From positions 6,324 through 70,323 of the forward strand of contig JAAXOC010000089.1 of the NCBI GenBank assembly GCA_014237145.1: 64,000 bases of DNA. Reading direction: 5' to 3'. How positions within the stretch are numbered: position 1 is the stretch's first letter; each line of letters opens with the position of its first letter. Under the pieces are notes generated by a model, which saw only the letters and a program-made list of their open reading frames with translations, searched no databases and had not been told where the DNA came from. Below, piece by piece: positions 36,949-46,695 of this stretch. Source of the stretch: ANME-2 cluster archaeon. GTDB taxonomy: Archaea > Halobacteriota > Methanosarcinia > Methanosarcinales > Methanocomedenaceae. A program made the position numbers and the translations under genes.

Positions 36949-37716
36949 CTACTCTACACCTTTTTCGGAAATAGTAAGCTCCACAGACTGCCCCTCAGCC
37001 CTTGACCTGTGCTTGATCAGAATAGCTCTGCGCTTATCCCGGCCTGCTCGTTCCATTTTGATAATAGTCTTTGACAGATGTTCGCTGAGATTGCCGCCCA
37101 AAGGCTGCAATTCTCCGCTATCCACGTCAGTATATACCTGGTTTGTGATCACCACAACCATGTTGAACTTCCTTGCCAGCCTGTGAAGACCTGCCAGCAT
37201 CTCGACCAGTTGCCGCCTGATGTGTACATTCCCGTTATCATCCGGAACCAGGCCCATCCGGTAGAAAAGTGTGGCTGAGTCCACGATGATCAGCCCTATA
37301 CCGGTACCTGCCAGTTTTTCAACATCCGTGATCGCAGAATACTGCTGATGGAAATCAGCAGGTTCGTAGATGATGAGGTCCTTTGCCAGTTCCCTTGCAT
37401 CACTACCCGCTATCTGGCTGAAGCGTTCAGCAGAAAAGCCATCAGTGTCGATTATCACTACCCGCTCCCCGGTCCTTATACACTCTACAGCAAGCTGCAT
37501 ACATATATTGGTCTTACCGGTCGCGGAAGCACCATATATCTGTGTGATAATACCATGTTCGAACCCACCTCCCAGCAGGTCGTCAAGGTTCATGCTTCCC
37601 GAGTGCATGCGTTTATCAATGGCCATGTTCTTTTCATTATCAGTATCATTATCTGCCATCAGGATGAATACTCCGTTCGTATTATTAGTATTGTTAATAT
37701 TATGTTCACAGGTCAT
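36949..37716 (-). CDS. radB: DNA repair and recombination protein RadB
   Basis: LDDLLGGGFEHGIITQIYGASATGKTNICMQLAV (Walker A) and GLIIVDSATLFY (Walker B). Short RecA-core-only protein. The true start may be an internal Met (for example 37659). Confidence 0.85.
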   Translation of the reverse strand: MTCEHNINNTNNTNGVFILMADNDTDNEKNMAIDKRMHSGSMNLDDLLGGGFEHGIITQIYGASATGKTNICMQLAVECIRTGERVVIIDTDGFSAERFSQIAGSDARELAKDLIIYEPADFHQQYSAITDVEKLAGTGIGLIIVDSATLFYRMGLVPDDNGNVHIRRQLVEMLAGLHRLARKFNMVVVITNQVYTDVDSGELQPLGGNLSEHLSKTIIKMERAGRDKRRAILIKHRSRAEGQSVELTISEKGVE

Positions 37717-38644
37717 TTATTGTCAATACAGAGATGTTATCTTTTTCCCATTTATTGAGCGGTTGACCATCATCGTCGGGTATTCTTGTCAGTATCCACC
37801 CTTGCCTGACATCCAGCGCTTCCATAAACAGTTTCATAGGCAATACATTATCATCCGAGGGGGCATCCATGTATTTTAATAACACTCCGTCATCTTCCTG
37901 CACTGCCAGTGCATCAAAGCTATAAGGCAGCCCTGCCGCCTCCACGAACTGCACATCACGGTATATATCATGTTGCTTTAGCCTGCTAAGTGCCAGTTCA
38001 ACTAATTCCCTGGGTGATTCGCCAAGTATTATCCGGTCAGGTGGTGTCAGTCTTCCGGATCCATCGGTTTTAGCCGTAACATTTGGCATAAGATCGAATA
38101 TCTCCTGGAAGAACGTCCCCGGATCGATCCTGACATAGGTCTCATCTGCTATCAGGTAAACTGAAAGTATATCATCCAGGGTATCAGGGGTAATGCTGCC
38201 GTCATCCGGGATGTTGTCCTTTATCTTGTCTGTGAATTCATCCTTAAAATCCTTGATCTCGATTATGGGTATCCTGGCTGCAAGCCGTCTGTGCGGACCT
38301 CTGTCATAGACCTTGAACCCAAAATCCCTATCGATCTCATCCTTCATGCTGCTGATTATCACAGGCGATCTGGTCCTGTCCCCAACCAGGTCTTCCACCA
38401 GGCTGCTGTCAACCTTTACCGACTTCTTACTGCCGATAAGCAGCAGTGAATCAATGTAGCGTATATCCTCGATATCCAGGCTGGCAAGCACATCCTTTAC
38501 ATCCTGTATTACATCTGGTTCTTGTGTAAAGGTCCTGAATACCAGTATCCACTCATTACCAGTTCTCACAGTCCTGGACTGCCCTATTTCACTTACTGCA
38601 TCATACAGGCCATTGTAGGTATTGTCGTTCAAACCAAACACCAT
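37706..38644 (-). CDS. Hypothetical acidic protein overlapping the radB start
   Basis: 312 aa. Its stop overlaps the longest radB ORF by 11 nt. No motif recognised. Confidence 0.45.
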   Translation of the reverse strand: MVFGLNDNTYNGLYDAVSEIGQSRTVRTGNEWILVFRTFTQEPDVIQDVKDVLASLDIEDIRYIDSLLLIGSKKSVKVDSSLVEDLVGDRTRSPVIISSMKDEIDRDFGFKVYDRGPHRRLAARIPIIEIKDFKDEFTDKIKDNIPDDGSITPDTLDDILSVYLIADETYVRIDPGTFFQEIFDLMPNVTAKTDGSGRLTPPDRIILGESPRELVELALSRLKQHDIYRDVQFVEAAGLPYSFDALAVQEDDGVLLKYMDAPSDDNVLPMKLFMEALDVRQGWILTRIPDDDGQPLNKWEKDNISVLTINDL

Positions 38645-38832
38645 TCACAGAATGAAACTTTATGTTATTGTATTCCTATATTGATATTCAATTGTATTGA
38701 AATAGTTTGTCAAATTATAGTATAGCAGGGGAAAACATACGTCGGTTTTTGGTTGATACAAATCAAATACCAGAACACCAGGAACGCAAACCATGAGACG
38801 ATCATTATAAAGGCTGTCCATTAATTCAAAAT

Positions 38833-38910
38833 CCTGTGGAAAGTGATAGCCACAGAGAGCGCCGAGGACACAGAGAGGAAAAACTCTGTGCTCTCTGTGT
38901 GCTCTGTGGC
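38833..38910. repeat. Word-repeat hairpin (CACAGAG words)
   Basis: GCCACAGAGAGCGCCGAGGACACAGAGAGG at 38849-38878 faces CTCTGTGCTCTCTGTGTGCTCTGTGGC at 38884-38910. An extra CCTGTGG lies at 38833-38839. Confidence 0.5.
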
Positions 38911-39108
38911 AAAAAAGGCGGAGATCAATTTAGTATGGTGATTATTTGTACTGCAACGTTTGATTTGACAATAATTGTTGGACAGCCTATATAGACGAAA
39001 ACAACTGGATATATACAGATATATCCGGATATGAAGGATATTACGACGTTGTTCCAGAAATTATGAATTTGGCATATTATTTATCAGATAAAAATTATTA
39101 AACCTTAA

Positions 39109-40140
39109 ATGTCATACCAGGAATACCTTGCTGCCAGGGAAACAGTAACCACTATCGGTCAGCCTGTTATTTCTGTCATTTTCATATTTTCGCTTGCCCT
39201 TGGTATTATTGCTATCTACCACATGCTTTCAAACGACAGCCGCGCCTTCAGGCTGGCATCACAGTTAAGGGAGATCGATACGGCACTGCTGGTCATAGGA
39301 TTTATTATCATTGCCTGGTTCCACCTGCGAATCTACCAGACCATAGAACTGGTCTACCCGCCTGAACTGGCAAATTATATGGCCAGTACCATGGGTATCA
39401 GTGCAACGTCCCTGAGATTCGCCGTGCCCCTATGGATAGAAACCGAAAAATTATATTTCTGGACCCTGTGCCTGTCCATTTTCCTTGCAGTAACCAACTA
39501 CCGCTATGATTTCATAAAAACAAAAATAACAGCACTGTTCTCATCAAGCCTGAACATCATGCTGGCAGCCTTTGGTATACTAACATATTATACCTCAAAC
39601 CCCTTCAGGGAACCCCTGCCCGGCCTGCATTCTGAGATAACAGGCTGGTACCAGGCCGCAGGTGTAGGTGACCCCAATGTGTTATACGGTGCACTGTACC
39701 AGTTGTATTTCCGCATCATATATTTCTACAATTCAGAGTATATGTGGACCCACCCGCCGATGCTTTTTATCGCATATGCATCCCTGGTGGTCACCTTTGT
39801 GGGCTGTGTGTTCATGCTGTTTCGGCGGGAGAAGATATTTGACCGCATTTCATACAGCCATGCCAAGGTCGGGTACTTACTGCTCACAGTAGGCATGCTC
39901 ATCGGCTACCCCTGGGCCGTGCTGGCATGGGACGGCAAGGACTGGTGGTGGGACCCTAAGATCAACGGCAGTATCATGATGTGGGTGCTGTACAGTGCGT
40001 ACCTGCATACACGGATATACCTGAAGCGGCGCAATATGTGGCGGGCCACTGCCATACTGGGTATTATCTGCTTCCTGTCACTGGTCTTCACCTACCTGCT
40101 GACATACATTGCGCCAGGGATACATGCCATAACACAATGA
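39109..40140 (+). CDS. Cytochrome c biogenesis heme-handling protein, CcsA/ResC/CcmF family
   Basis: 343 aa polytopic membrane protein. The Trp-rich signature GYPWAVLAWDGKDWWWDPKINGSIMMWVLYSAYLHTR includes the WWD motif and the downstream conserved His. Confidence 0.7.
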   Translation: MSYQEYLAARETVTTIGQPVISVIFIFSLALGIIAIYHMLSNDSRAFRLASQLREIDTALLVIGFIIIAWFHLRIYQTIELVYPPELANYMASTMGISATSLRFAVPLWIETEKLYFWTLCLSIFLAVTNYRYDFIKTKITALFSSSLNIMLAAFGILTYYTSNPFREPLPGLHSEITGWYQAAGVGDPNVLYGALYQLYFRIIYFYNSEYMWTHPPMLFIAYASLVVTFVGCVFMLFRREKIFDRISYSHAKVGYLLLTVGMLIGYPWAVLAWDGKDWWWDPKINGSIMMWVLYSAYLHTRIYLKRRNMWRATAILGIICFLSLVFTYLLTYIAPGIHAITQ

Positions 40141-40215
40141 AGAGGAAAGTGGAAGACTAGAAGAAAGGAAGGGGAAAGAAAGGAAGACCGGAAAAGGAGA
40201 ATTGGAGAATATACT

Positions 40216-40857
40216 ATGACGCTGGAATTGAATATTAAACCAAAGACCTATGACTTCTACCTGATGATCCTCACATCAGCGGTGCTGGCGTTGATAGGTC
40301 TGGTGTGTCTGTACGGTATCGGCTATTATACGTACACCAACGAGACTGCACCCCAGTGGACCCAGACCCAAATGTACGGGGATTATATCGACAGCATGAA
40401 CCAGCTTATTTACCCGTTCATCGTGCTGCTGCTGGTGGCACTGGGACTGTGCATACCCAAACGGATACTACCCCGGCAGTCGCTCCTGGCCGCGGGAACC
40501 GGCATACTGGCAGCTACTTTCTTTATAGCACTAATTACCAACATAGGCACCAGCCTGGCATTCCTGCTTGCAATCTCCATAGTGGTACAGGCAGCGGTCA
40601 TGGTATTGACCATGCTGGGGCGGGGCGGGCTGACCTATGAGCGGGAAGGGTATTTTGTCCGGACCGGCTCGTCCATGTTGCACCTGGGCACAGTAATATT
40701 TGTGTTCGATTTCGTTAGCATGCGCAGCAGCGAGTTTCATATTCCAGTGTTCTGGGTGGCAACCATCCTGATAACCGTGGGTACGGTGCTGTCGTTCTAT
40801 CCGGGCGAAGTCGGGAGCATTGCCAGGTTAGTGCGATCGGGCGGCAGGAGTTCCTGA
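40216..40857 (+). CDS. Polytopic membrane protein, possible partner of the CcsA/CcmF-like protein
   Basis: 213 aa, about six hydrophobic segments, conserved-looking SSMLHLGT. Same strand and adjacent to the heme-handling gene. Confidence 0.4.
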   Translation: MTLELNIKPKTYDFYLMILTSAVLALIGLVCLYGIGYYTYTNETAPQWTQTQMYGDYIDSMNQLIYPFIVLLLVALGLCIPKRILPRQSLLAAGTGILAATFFIALITNIGTSLAFLLAISIVVQAAVMVLTMLGRGGLTYEREGYFVRTGSSMLHLGTVIFVFDFVSMRSSEFHIPVFWVATILITVGTVLSFYPGEVGSIARLVRSGGRSS

Positions 40858-40931
40858 AGTGCAGTGTCGCTGCTTCTGGCTGTTCGAATACAATATATAG
40901 TATCGTGTACAATTTAATTGTGGGGCCAGAT

Positions 40932-41657
40932 ATGAACAGGACACTGACGTTCGGGGGCAGGACGCAGGAACCGGATATCCGCATGCTGTCTGATATTGAA
41001 GCTGTCCTGCTTGACAGGGAAATACTCCGGGGCGGGGACAGGGAACTCTATTATATGTACCGGGACCTGGCACTGAGCCGCCGCGATCACGAGACCATGC
41101 TCGAACACGGCCTGCGCTATGATATCACCATCATCCCACCTGCCATGCTGGGCAGGGAATATGTGAAGACCGCAGGACATTACCACCCTGCTGTGCCCGG
41201 CACTGACATATCGTATCCGGAAGTGTATGAGGTACTTGCTGGCGAGGGGCATTACCTGCTGCAAAAGCGCACAGGCGGCGGTTCGGTGATCGATGTAGTG
41301 CTGGTACGGGCATCGGTCGGAGATAAAGTGATCATTCCGCCGGACTACGGCCATGTTACCATCAATACCAGCAATAAGGAACTAAAGATGGCAAACTGGG
41401 TGTCCAGGGAGTTCGCATGTGTATATGAGCCATACGTGGAACTGTATGGTGCGGCCTACTATCTGACAGAGGATGGTTTTGTTGCCAACCCTGGTTACAG
41501 GGATGTGCCTGAGGTCAGGGAGGTAAAGCCCAAGAGTTTCAGTGACGTGGGGCTGGCCCGGGGCAGGGAGATCTACGGGCTTGTGAAGGATTTGGGTAAG
41601 CTGGATTTCCTTAACAGGCCGCAGGAGTTCGGGTGGTTGTTCGAGGATGTGCTTTAA
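40932..41657 (+). CDS. pgiA: Cupin-type glucose-6-phosphate isomerase (archaeal cPGI)
   Basis: TAGHYHP......YPEVYEVLAGEGHYLLQK ... IIPPDYGHVTINT matches the metal-binding H.H...E...H cupin PGI pattern. I prefer ATG 40932 over GTG 40905. Confidence 0.75.
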   Translation: MNRTLTFGGRTQEPDIRMLSDIEAVLLDREILRGGDRELYYMYRDLALSRRDHETMLEHGLRYDITIIPPAMLGREYVKTAGHYHPAVPGTDISYPEVYEVLAGEGHYLLQKRTGGGSVIDVVLVRASVGDKVIIPPDYGHVTINTSNKELKMANWVSREFACVYEPYVELYGAAYYLTEDGFVANPGYRDVPEVREVKPKSFSDVGLARGREIYGLVKDLGKLDFLNRPQEFGWLFEDVL

Positions 41658-41733
41658 GCAGCTGCTGGTCAACGTGATCTTCTTTAAGCGGTTGCTGGTC
41701 AACGGGAGCGCTTTAAACGGCTGCTGGTTAACA
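41652..41733. repeat. Three tandem copies with about 30-bp period at the 3' end of pgiA
   Basis: CTTTAAGCAGCTGCTGGTCAACG at 41652-41674, CTTTAAGCGGTTGCTGGTCAACG at 41682-41704, CTTTAAACGGCTGCTGGTTAACA at 41711-41733. The first copy contains the stop codon. Confidence 0.6.
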
Positions 41734-41821
41734 GGATGGATGTATGGCGATACGAATATGATATTTCAAGGTACCGGGTTTTTCCAGGCAGCTTAAAGGG
41801 AAGGTATATATTTATCTAAAT

Positions 41822-41971
41822 GGGGTATCCATTTAACTCCCGTTCTATTTCATCTGAGAATCAGTCCATAAACTGGTTCCATGTCTTAGGGCAGTCCATG
41901 TCTGCTTTTGGCATTACTCAATATTAAACTCTTCCACTTATATGAGGTTTCGGGAGTTAAGTGGATACCCC
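41822..41971. repeat. 21-bp inverted repeat pair separated by 108 bp (possible MITE ends or structured RNA)
   Basis: GGGGTATCCATTTAACTCCCG at 41822-41842 versus CGGGAGTTAAGTGGATACCCC at 41951-41971, with one mismatch. Confidence 0.5.
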
Positions 41972-42392
41972 ACTTTTATCTATACGTTAATAAAAATGGA
42001 CTTGAAGAACACTACCAGATACTTATGGAGTTTGCACCCAAGAACAAGAATATCTCGTTTTTGGATATTGAGGTAGAAAAACAAAGTTTTTTGAAGGAGC
42101 AAATCATAGGACATAATTAGTAATCGCAAATTATTAACAAAATATGGCCAGGTGAGATAATACGGGTTATACATGTATATTTTTAGTAGGTTCACGCTGC
42201 ACAGCAAGTGCAAGTCATTATTTTCCAGATGAGGCACACATGAAGAAATACTGCAATAGCCTTAATGCTCAAAATTGCCCTATCATGCTGGTGTATGTAA
42301 CAAGACCTGGTGCTTTTACTGAAGGATATTAGCACAGATCAAGCGCGATTTCGAAGATTTTATTTATACCACGTATCAGTTATTTGATCATC

Positions 42393-42584
42393 ATGTGTGA
42401 ATTAAATGCCATTTTAATTGACGGAAAGGATAAAACAACATTAATGGAAGATGTTGTACGGTTGGCTGTGGATGGAAATGAGATTACCATTACAGGAATT
42501 TTTGGAGATACCATGACCTTACCCGGACGGATATTGCGCGTGGATATGACGAAAAATGAAGCATTGATAGAAAATATCGATTAA
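42393..42584 (+). CDS. CooT-like small protein (putative nickel-binding/RNA-binding-fold family)
   Basis: I prefer the start at MCELNAILIDG. The Met-Cys N-terminus, the size of about 63 aa and the LMEDV...ITGIFGD pattern fit the CooT family. Confidence 0.55.
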   Translation: MCELNAILIDGKDKTTLMEDVVRLAVDGNEITITGIFGDTMTLPGRILRVDMTKNEALIENID

Positions 42585-42635
42585 AATACATCAAAAAAAT
42601 GACCACTGCTATAACAAAAATGAGGGGATAATAAA

Positions 42636-43658
42636 ATGTCAAAAGCAAAGATTGCTATTAATGGATACGGTACCATCGGAAAGCGAGTAGGAGATGCAGT
42701 TTCTGCCCAGGATGATATGGAAATAGTGGGTGTAGTGAAAACCCGCCCGTCATTTGAAGCTAAACTGGCAATAGACAGGAGTTTTGACCTGTATGCATCA
42801 ACTTCCGATAAGATAGAAGCCTTTAGCAAGGCAGGCATTGAAGTTTCGGGTACACTGGACGAGCTACTTGGTAAGACAGACCTGGTAGTAGACTGCACCC
42901 CCGGCAAAGTAGGTGCCACATACAAGGACCTGTATTTGAAACATGGTGTAAAGGCTATCTGGCAGGGCGGTGAGGAACATGAACTGGCAGGATTTAGTTT
43001 CAACTCGGAAGCCAATTATGATGATGCCATTGGCAGGGACCTGACCCGCGTGGTCAGCTGTAACACCACCGGACTGACCAGGGCACTGTATCCCCTGGAC
43101 CAGGAATTCGGTGTCAAGAAGTCCAGGGTCACCCTGATGCGAAGGGCGGCAGACCCGGGAAATATCAAGAGCGGCCCGATAAACGCTATTGTACCCAATC
43201 CTATCAGCTTACCCAGCCACCACGGGCCGGATGTAAATTCCATCATGCCGTATCTCGAAATTGCAACGGTGGCTGTGAAACTGTCCACTACTATCATGCA
43301 TTTCCATGCACTGAATGTTGAGCTGGAAAAAGATTTCGAGCCACAGGATATCATTGACCTGTATGCCGGCAGGCCACGTATCAGGTTCGTATCGGGTGAA
43401 GATAACATAAATAGTACGGCAGAGGTCATGGAACTGGCAAGGGACCTGGGACGCAGCCGCAGTGACATGTTCGAGAACGTGATATGGAAGGACAGTATCA
43501 GCAAGTACCACGGCGAACTGTATTTCTTCCAGGCCATCCACCAGGAGTCAGATGTGGTGCCTGAGAATGTGGATGCGATCCGGGCCATGTGCGAACTGGA
43601 ATCAGATGGGGCAAAGTCCATAGCAAGTACCAACAAGGCCATGGGGATAGGTAAATAG
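42636..43658 (+). CDS. gap: Type II (archaeal) glyceraldehyde-3-phosphate dehydrogenase
   Basis: 340 aa. INGYGTIGKRVGDAV, VVSCNTTGLTR (catalytic Cys) and HHGPDV. Confidence 0.92.
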   Translation: MSKAKIAINGYGTIGKRVGDAVSAQDDMEIVGVVKTRPSFEAKLAIDRSFDLYASTSDKIEAFSKAGIEVSGTLDELLGKTDLVVDCTPGKVGATYKDLYLKHGVKAIWQGGEEHELAGFSFNSEANYDDAIGRDLTRVVSCNTTGLTRALYPLDQEFGVKKSRVTLMRRAADPGNIKSGPINAIVPNPISLPSHHGPDVNSIMPYLEIATVAVKLSTTIMHFHALNVELEKDFEPQDIIDLYAGRPRIRFVSGEDNINSTAEVMELARDLGRSRSDMFENVIWKDSISKYHGELYFFQAIHQESDVVPENVDAIRAMCELESDGAKSIASTNKAMGIGK

Positions 43659-44081
43659 GCCTATTATCCCCTATTTTCTTTTAAAATTATTTTAATCCAC
43701 CCCATTGTTGTTAACCATAAAATAAATATGGGTTGACAATCAATCGTTGGCCATGACACAATGTGTTAATGTGAAACCAATGGTCTATGCTTCGCTTTTT
43801 GAAGCACAGTTCTAGACTATATTTTTTAGCAGCCATAGCGGTGCCCGCTACCCTGTACTACCATCCCAGGGTGCTCCTACAGCATATCAGGTGCGAAGGC
43901 GGGCAGCAGCACCAGGGATTGGCGGCCGGGTAAGTGTAGGGGGGCAGCACATGCAAGTGGAGAAAGGAATTGTGTTGGAAGTAGGCGGAACAATATCATA
44001 CTTCTAATATACATTGAAGGTAGCAATAAATAAAAAGAAGTTTTATAATGTATTTGAATCCTTTGTTAATGTGACAAAACT

Positions 44082-44441
44082 ATGGATAAGCTAAATCGAA
44101 TTGAAGAAGCAAGAAAAATCCTTGATGATATCGTAAGCAGGCTCAGGCAAGACTATGAACCTGAACAGATGATCCTGTTCGGTTCTTATGCATACGGGGT
44201 GCCGACCGATGACAGTGATATCGATCTGCTGATAATCAAAGATACCAGTGAATCACCACTTAAGCGGTGGATTAATGTCCGGAAATTAGTATCTGACTTG
44301 AGATGGGGTTTTGCTTTTTCACCTCTTGTCATTACCCCTTCGGAACTTGATAGGCAGCTTAAGAAAGGAGATACGTTTTTTGAGGATATTCTACTAAAAG
44401 GAAAGAAACTTTATGTCAGAGAAGGAATCAAGCCTGCCTGA
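44082..44441 (+). CDS. Minimal nucleotidyltransferase (MNT) antitoxin-type protein
   Basis: 119 aa. LFGSYAYGVPTDDSDIDLLII (GS...DxD). Confidence 0.8.
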   Translation: MDKLNRIEEARKILDDIVSRLRQDYEPEQMILFGSYAYGVPTDDSDIDLLIIKDTSESPLKRWINVRKLVSDLRWGFAFSPLVITPSELDRQLKKGDTFFEDILLKGKKLYVREGIKPA

Positions 44442-44853
44442 AGACTGGTTCGAAAAAGGCGACGAGGATAAAAAAGCAGTTGAAATCCTGTTGAAGCATG
44501 GCGGTAGTGTATCAGTTTCATCCTATCTGATCCAGCAGATGCTGGAAAAATATATAAAAGGGTTTTTGCCATCAAAAAATTGGAGACTTAAACGAACCCA
44601 CGATCTTGAAGAACTTCTTGATAAAATGGTTGAATATGACCTGTCCTTTGAAGAGTTTAGGGAACTATCACAGGAAGCTACTGCGTTTTATTTTTTTGAA
44701 CGCTATCCTTTTTTTGGCAGTGAACTAAGTCGGGAAGAGGTTGAGAGAATTTACAATAAATCATTGGAATTGATCAGGAAAATTGAAGACGATAAATTCG
44801 GTGCCACAGAACCACGCTTTGCATATGCTGGAGCAGGACCGGGGCAGGATTGA
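44413..44853 (+). CDS. HEPN-domain protein (partner of MNT)
   Basis: 146 aa. Overlaps the MNT gene by 29 nt. LKRTHDLEELL region. Confidence 0.7.
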   Translation: MSEKESSLPEDWFEKGDEDKKAVEILLKHGGSVSVSSYLIQQMLEKYIKGFLPSKNWRLKRTHDLEELLDKMVEYDLSFEEFRELSQEATAFYFFERYPFFGSELSREEVERIYNKSLELIRKIEDDKFGATEPRFAYAGAGPGQD

Positions 44854-45108
44854 GCCTGTGTTCCCTGTTGCTTCATGCGGGCTGGAACCCACGATGGTGC
44901 CTGAGTTGACAAAGATGTTATCATGCAGTTCGACGGCGGGATACATACCTATCCTATGGGGACAGTATCTGGCGCAACCGCATGCATGCAGTTGATGTAT
45001 CACTTGATGGCATATCTCTTGAGGAATATGCAAAAACCCGTACTGAATTGAAAGCAGCACTGGATAAATGGGGGTAACAGGGTAATTGAATTTACTTATT
45101 GGAAGATT

Positions 45109-46182
45109 ATGAACTGCAGCACACAGGTCTTTAAGATAGGCACCGGCAACCTGGAAGAGGTTATCAAAACAGCCGCCCGCATCATACAACAGGGCGGCAC
45201 AGTTGCGTTTCCCACTGAGACCGTATACGGTCTGGGTGCAGATGCATTGAACCCGGATGCGGTCAGGAAGATATTCAAGGCAAAGGGGCGGCCCCTGGAT
45301 AATCCCCTTATCGTACACATTGCGGACCAAGAGCAGCTTGGTATGGTTGCCATGGAAGTACCAGATAGTGCCCACGTCTTAATGGATGCATTCTGGCCCG
45401 GCCCCCTTACCATGATATTCAAACGTAAGGATATTGTGCCTGACGTTACCACATGCGGCCTGGATACAGTGGCGATCAGGATGCCTGACAATCCCATAGC
45501 CCTGGGATTGATAAAAGAGGCAGGTACGCCCATTGCCGCACCCAGTGCCAACCTCTCAGGCAGGCCCAGCCCAACCACGGCAGAGCATGTTATTGCTGAT
45601 CTTTCGGGCAGGATAGATGCGGTGATCGATGGCGGGGCCGTGCGCGTGGGTGTGGAATCTACGGTGGTGGACATGACCCCGGAAATTCCTGTGCTGCTAA
45701 GACCGGGCAGGGTCAGTATTGACGAGATAAGGGAATATGTGGGTGAGGTGCTTATTGGTTATACTGACAGGCCAGCAGGTGCAGGTGAAGCTGTCAGGTC
45801 GCCCGGCCTGAAATATACCCATTATTCGCCTGAGACCAGGCTGGTGCTGGTTATGGGGAACAGCAGTGCTGTTGTGGATACGATAAGTGAGCTGGCCAGG
45901 GAGTGCCGGGATCGGAATCTCCGGGTGGGGCTGCTGGTGACCGATGAGACTGCCGGGGTTGAAGAGATGTCTGAGTGTGTGCCGGCAGATGGTGTGTTCT
46001 TGCTGGGAAGCAGGTATGATGCCTCTGCAATTGCCAGCAATCTTTTTGCTGGTCTGAGATATCTGGATCTGGAAGATGTTGATGTGATCATAGCAGACGG
46101 TTCGATTGTGATTGACGGGATTGGAACTGCAGTCCTTAACAGATTGAAAAAAGCTGCTGATGAATTAATTGAAGTAAATTAA
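45109..46182 (+). CDS. sua5: Threonylcarbamoyl-AMP synthase Sua5 (YrdC domain plus Sua5 C-terminal domain)
   Basis: 357 aa. FPTETVYGLGADALN, KGRPLDNPLIVHI and SANLSGRPSPT. Confidence 0.9.
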   Translation: MNCSTQVFKIGTGNLEEVIKTAARIIQQGGTVAFPTETVYGLGADALNPDAVRKIFKAKGRPLDNPLIVHIADQEQLGMVAMEVPDSAHVLMDAFWPGPLTMIFKRKDIVPDVTTCGLDTVAIRMPDNPIALGLIKEAGTPIAAPSANLSGRPSPTTAEHVIADLSGRIDAVIDGGAVRVGVESTVVDMTPEIPVLLRPGRVSIDEIREYVGEVLIGYTDRPAGAGEAVRSPGLKYTHYSPETRLVLVMGNSSAVVDTISELARECRDRNLRVGLLVTDETAGVEEMSECVPADGVFLLGSRYDASAIASNLFAGLRYLDLEDVDVIIADGSIVIDGIGTAVLNRLKKAADELIEVN

Positions 46183-46188
46183 AAGGAT

Positions 46189-46434
46189 GTGACCTTTGTG
46201 AAGGCTGATAAAAAGGAAAATATGATTGAGAGACAGAAATATATTGCCATACTTACTCGAAACAGGAAGTTGACCAAAATAAATCTTATAATTCTTGGCA
46301 GTGGGTTGCTGCTCACGCTGGCGCATTTTGAGGAAATTGGAAGTATGATCGTGTGGGTGGGTATTGTAATATTCGTATTTACACTGTTTTCTAATCTTAC
46401 GGCAAAACGGATATTACGAAATCTGGGTAAATGA
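46189..46434 (+). CDS. Small membrane protein, hypothetical
   Basis: 81 aa with two hydrophobic segments. No motif. Confidence 0.3.
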   Translation: MTFVKADKKENMIERQKYIAILTRNRKLTKINLIILGSGLLLTLAHFEEIGSMIVWVGIVIFVFTLFSNLTAKRILRNLGK

Positions 46435-46695
46435 TGTTTCATTATCACAATCCTGCCCTCAATAATGATGATGTTTAACTTGGAGGATGGTGTGGAGTAT
46501 GACTGGATATGTGTGTAAGAGCTACCAGCATTAAAGGAACGAAAATAATTTAATGTTTTACAAGCTCTCTGACAAATAACCATTAAGCAGGATTCAAAGC
46601 AACAAATCGTTTTATTTAAGTATATGAAGACCCTGTACTATTAGTACAGGGATAGTTATTGCAACAAGGAGTTAAAATAATAAGGAGGTAAAGAA

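Noticed and set aside
41908-42120. 70-aa ORF in the pgiA-cooT intergenic region
   Set aside because: It is AT-rich, spans one arm of the 21-bp inverted repeat, has no ribosome-binding site or motif, and an antisense ORF of similar size overlaps it.
43800-43960. GC-rich patch in an otherwise AT-rich intergenic region downstream of gap, considered as a tRNA, SRP RNA or other ncRNA
   Set aside because: I could not draw a cloverleaf, find a T-loop GTTCGAATC-like box or build any long-range helix by eye. It may be a gene remnant. A covariance-model scan would be needed to decide.
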